A stretch of 35,102 bases of DNA, taken from contig NC_069000.1 in assembly GCF_001194135.2 (NCBI RefSeq), positions 44,258,221 through 44,293,322 of the forward strand, given 5' to 3'. The first letter of the stretch is position 1. Each line of letters opens with the position of its first letter. This DNA is from Octopus bimaculoides. Its lineage: Eukaryota. Below the pieces are notes generated by a model that saw nothing but the letters and a program-made list of their open reading frames with translations, was not told where the DNA came from and did not search any database. This document shows, one piece after another, positions 32,755 through 35,102 of this stretch. The position numbers and the translations under genes were made by a program.

Positions 32755-33688
32755 NNNNNNNNNNNNNNNNNNNNNNNNNNNNNNNNNNNNNNNNNNNNNN
32801 NNNNNNNNNNNNNNNNNNNNNNNNNNNNNNNNNNNNNNNNNNNNNNNNNNNNNNNNNNNNNNNNNNNNNNNNNNNNNNNNNNNNNNNNNNNNNNNNNNNN
32901 NNNNNNNNNNNNNNNNNNNNNNNNNNNNNNNNNNNNNNNNNNNNNNNNNNNNNNNNNNNNNNNNNNNNNNNNNNNNNNNNNNNNNNNNNNNNNNNNNNNN
33001 NNNNNNNNNNNNNNNNNNNNNNNNNNNNNNNNNNNNNNNNNNNNNNNNNNNNNNNNNNNNNNNNNNNNNNNNNNNNNNNNNNNNNNNNNNNNNNNNNNNN
33101 NNNNNNNNNNNNNNNNNNNNNNNNNNNNNNNNNNNNNNNNNNNNNNNNNNNNNNNNNNNNNNNNNNNNNNNNNNNNNNNNNNNNNNNNNNNNNNNNNNNN
33201 NNNNNNNNNNNNNNNNNNNNNNNNNNNNNNNNNNNNNNNNNNNNNNNNNNNNNNNNNNNNNNNNNNNNNNNNNNNNNNNNNNNNNNNNNNNNNNNNNNNN
33301 NNNNNNNNNNNNNNNNNNNNNNNNNNNNNNNNNNNNNNNNNNNNNNNNNNNNNNNNNNNNNNNNNNNNNNNNNNNNNNNNNNNNNNNNNNNNNNNNNNNN
33401 NNNNNNNNNNNNNNNNNNNNNNNNNNNNNNNNNNNNNNNNNNNNNNNNNNNNNNNNNNNNNNNNNNNNNNNNNNNNNNNNNNNNNNNNNNNNNNNNNNNN
33501 NNNNNNNNNNNNNNNNNNNNNNNNNNNNNNNNNNNNNNNNNNNNNNNNNNNNNNNNNNNNNNNNNNNNNNNNNNNNNNNNNNNNNNNNNNNNNNNNNNNN
33601 NNNNNNNNNNNNNNNNNNNNNNNNNNNNNNNNNNNNNNNNNNNNNNNNNNNNNNNNNNNNNNNNNNNNNNNNNNNNNNNNNNNNNNNN
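32755..33688. other. Assembly gap (largest, about 930 N)
   Basis: N run flanked by (TA)n. Confidence 1.
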
Positions 33689-34255
33689 TATATATATATA
33701 TATATATACGTGAGTGTAAGTGTATATGAATATATATATGTGTGTGTGTGTATGTATATATTTATATATATATATATGTGTGTGTGTGTGTCTGTGTGCA
33801 TATGTACACTATATCTGCTTCTCTCTTCCCCACTCACTCTGGCAACGAGCCTTCTCTCGTCTCTCTCCTGTCTACTGTTTCATTATTGCTATTCTGCTGT
33901 TCATGACTGTCAGTCATCCCCTACTCACCCCACCACCACCCACTGGTGCCACTCAGTCACTCCCGCCTTCTCTTCTAAAATCTGACTAGACCTGCAGTCC
34001 TTCTACAGCAAAAAACCTGCTTCACTCTGGACCCTTCTCTCATACTTTTCTTCTTCTTTTGCCCTCCACACCTAACATGAAGTGGACTCGTGGGTTTTGC
34101 AGTCTTGCAAACGGCATGACAGTAACATTAGTGGTGGTGGCATGAAAAGGGTACCCAAAACATGTGATAGAGAGGTGGCCACTAGGAAGGGCATCCAGCT
34201 GTAGAAATCTTGACAAAACAGACATATATACATTGTATGTATATATTCATGTATA

Positions 34256-34677
34256 GGTGCAGCATGGATGTGTCGTAAGAAGCTTGCTTCCCAACCACGT
34301 GGTTCTGGGTGCAGTCCCACCGTGTAGCACTTTGGGCAAGTGTCTTCTACTATAGCCTCAGGTCAACCAAAGCCTTGTTAGTGGGTTTCGTAGACGGAAA
34401 CTGAAAGAAGCTCATCATAAATAAAAACATACATAGATACATACATATATATATATATATATATATGTTGCCAGTACCTCCTGACTGGCCTTCATGCCGG
34501 TGGCACGTAAAAGCACCCACTACACTCTCGGGGTGGTTGGCGTTAGGAAGGGCATCCACCTGTAGAAACTCTGCCAGATCAGATTGGAGCCTGGTGTAGC
34601 CATCTGGTTCACCAGTCCTCAGTCAAATCGTCCAACCCATGCTAGCATGGAAAGCTGACGTTAAATGATGATGATGA
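34256..34677 (+). mobile_element. CORE-type SINE head, microsatellite hinge, RTE-like (GAT)n tail
   Basis: Head ...CACTTTGGGCAAGTGTCTTCTACTATAGCC...AAACTGAAAGAAGC, (TA)n, then GTTGCCAGTACC...AGGAAGGGCATCC...GACGTTAAATGATGATG. Confidence 0.88.
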
Positions 34678-34745
34678 GGATGATGTTGATCTTTCTGTCT
34701 ATCTGATATCTATCTATCTCTCCATTCTCTCTCTCTCTCCCTCTT

Positions 34746-34777
<32 letters not shown>

Positions 34778-34851
34778 TACACACACACACACACATACAT
34801 ACACTCATACATTCTCACATACACAATACATGTAAGCACATGCATTCACAT

Positions 34852-34884
<33 letters not shown>

Positions 34885-35034
34885 CATGCACATGTATGTG
34901 CACGTGTTTGTGGGGAAAAAAAAGCTTGTGTGATCAGTGTCATGCCTCTCTTTATCTCTTGAACTCTCTGTTTCCATATATAAGTATATAGATATATGTA
35001 TATATACATATATCTGTGTGTATGTATGTGTGTA

Positions 35035-35102
<68 letters not shown>

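Noticed and set aside
887-35039. Dozens of long ORFs (YI/CV/HT/LS/poly-H, -D, -M, -V, or containing X runs)
   Set aside because: They are translations of di-, tri- and tetranucleotide repeats or run through N gaps; there is no domain content.

Overview
AT-rich, microsatellite-saturated metazoan genomic DNA from a gapped draft assembly (9 N-gaps, most flanked by (TA)n or other simple repeats). The repeat families resemble octopus tRNA/CORE-type SINEs and RTE-like (GAT)n-tailed elements, so Octopus sp. is likely; this is inferred from remembered consensus sequences, not a search. No protein-coding host gene could be identified, and almost all listed ORFs are microsatellite or gap artefacts. Well supported: four decayed Tc1/mariner-superfamily relics of different subfamilies, a Penelope-like GIY-YIG endonuclease fragment arranged as a ~180-bp-arm inverted repeat, a TTAA-flanked piggyBac-like MITE dimer present twice, about 25 SINE fragments and several minisatellites. 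Less certain: a degenerate minimal hammerhead ribozyme, an unclassified ~300-400-bp family in four co-oriented copies, and a few low-confidence candidate exons. I found no convincing new biological system. Repeat boundaries are read by eye and approximate (+/-10-20 nt) unless exact ends are given.
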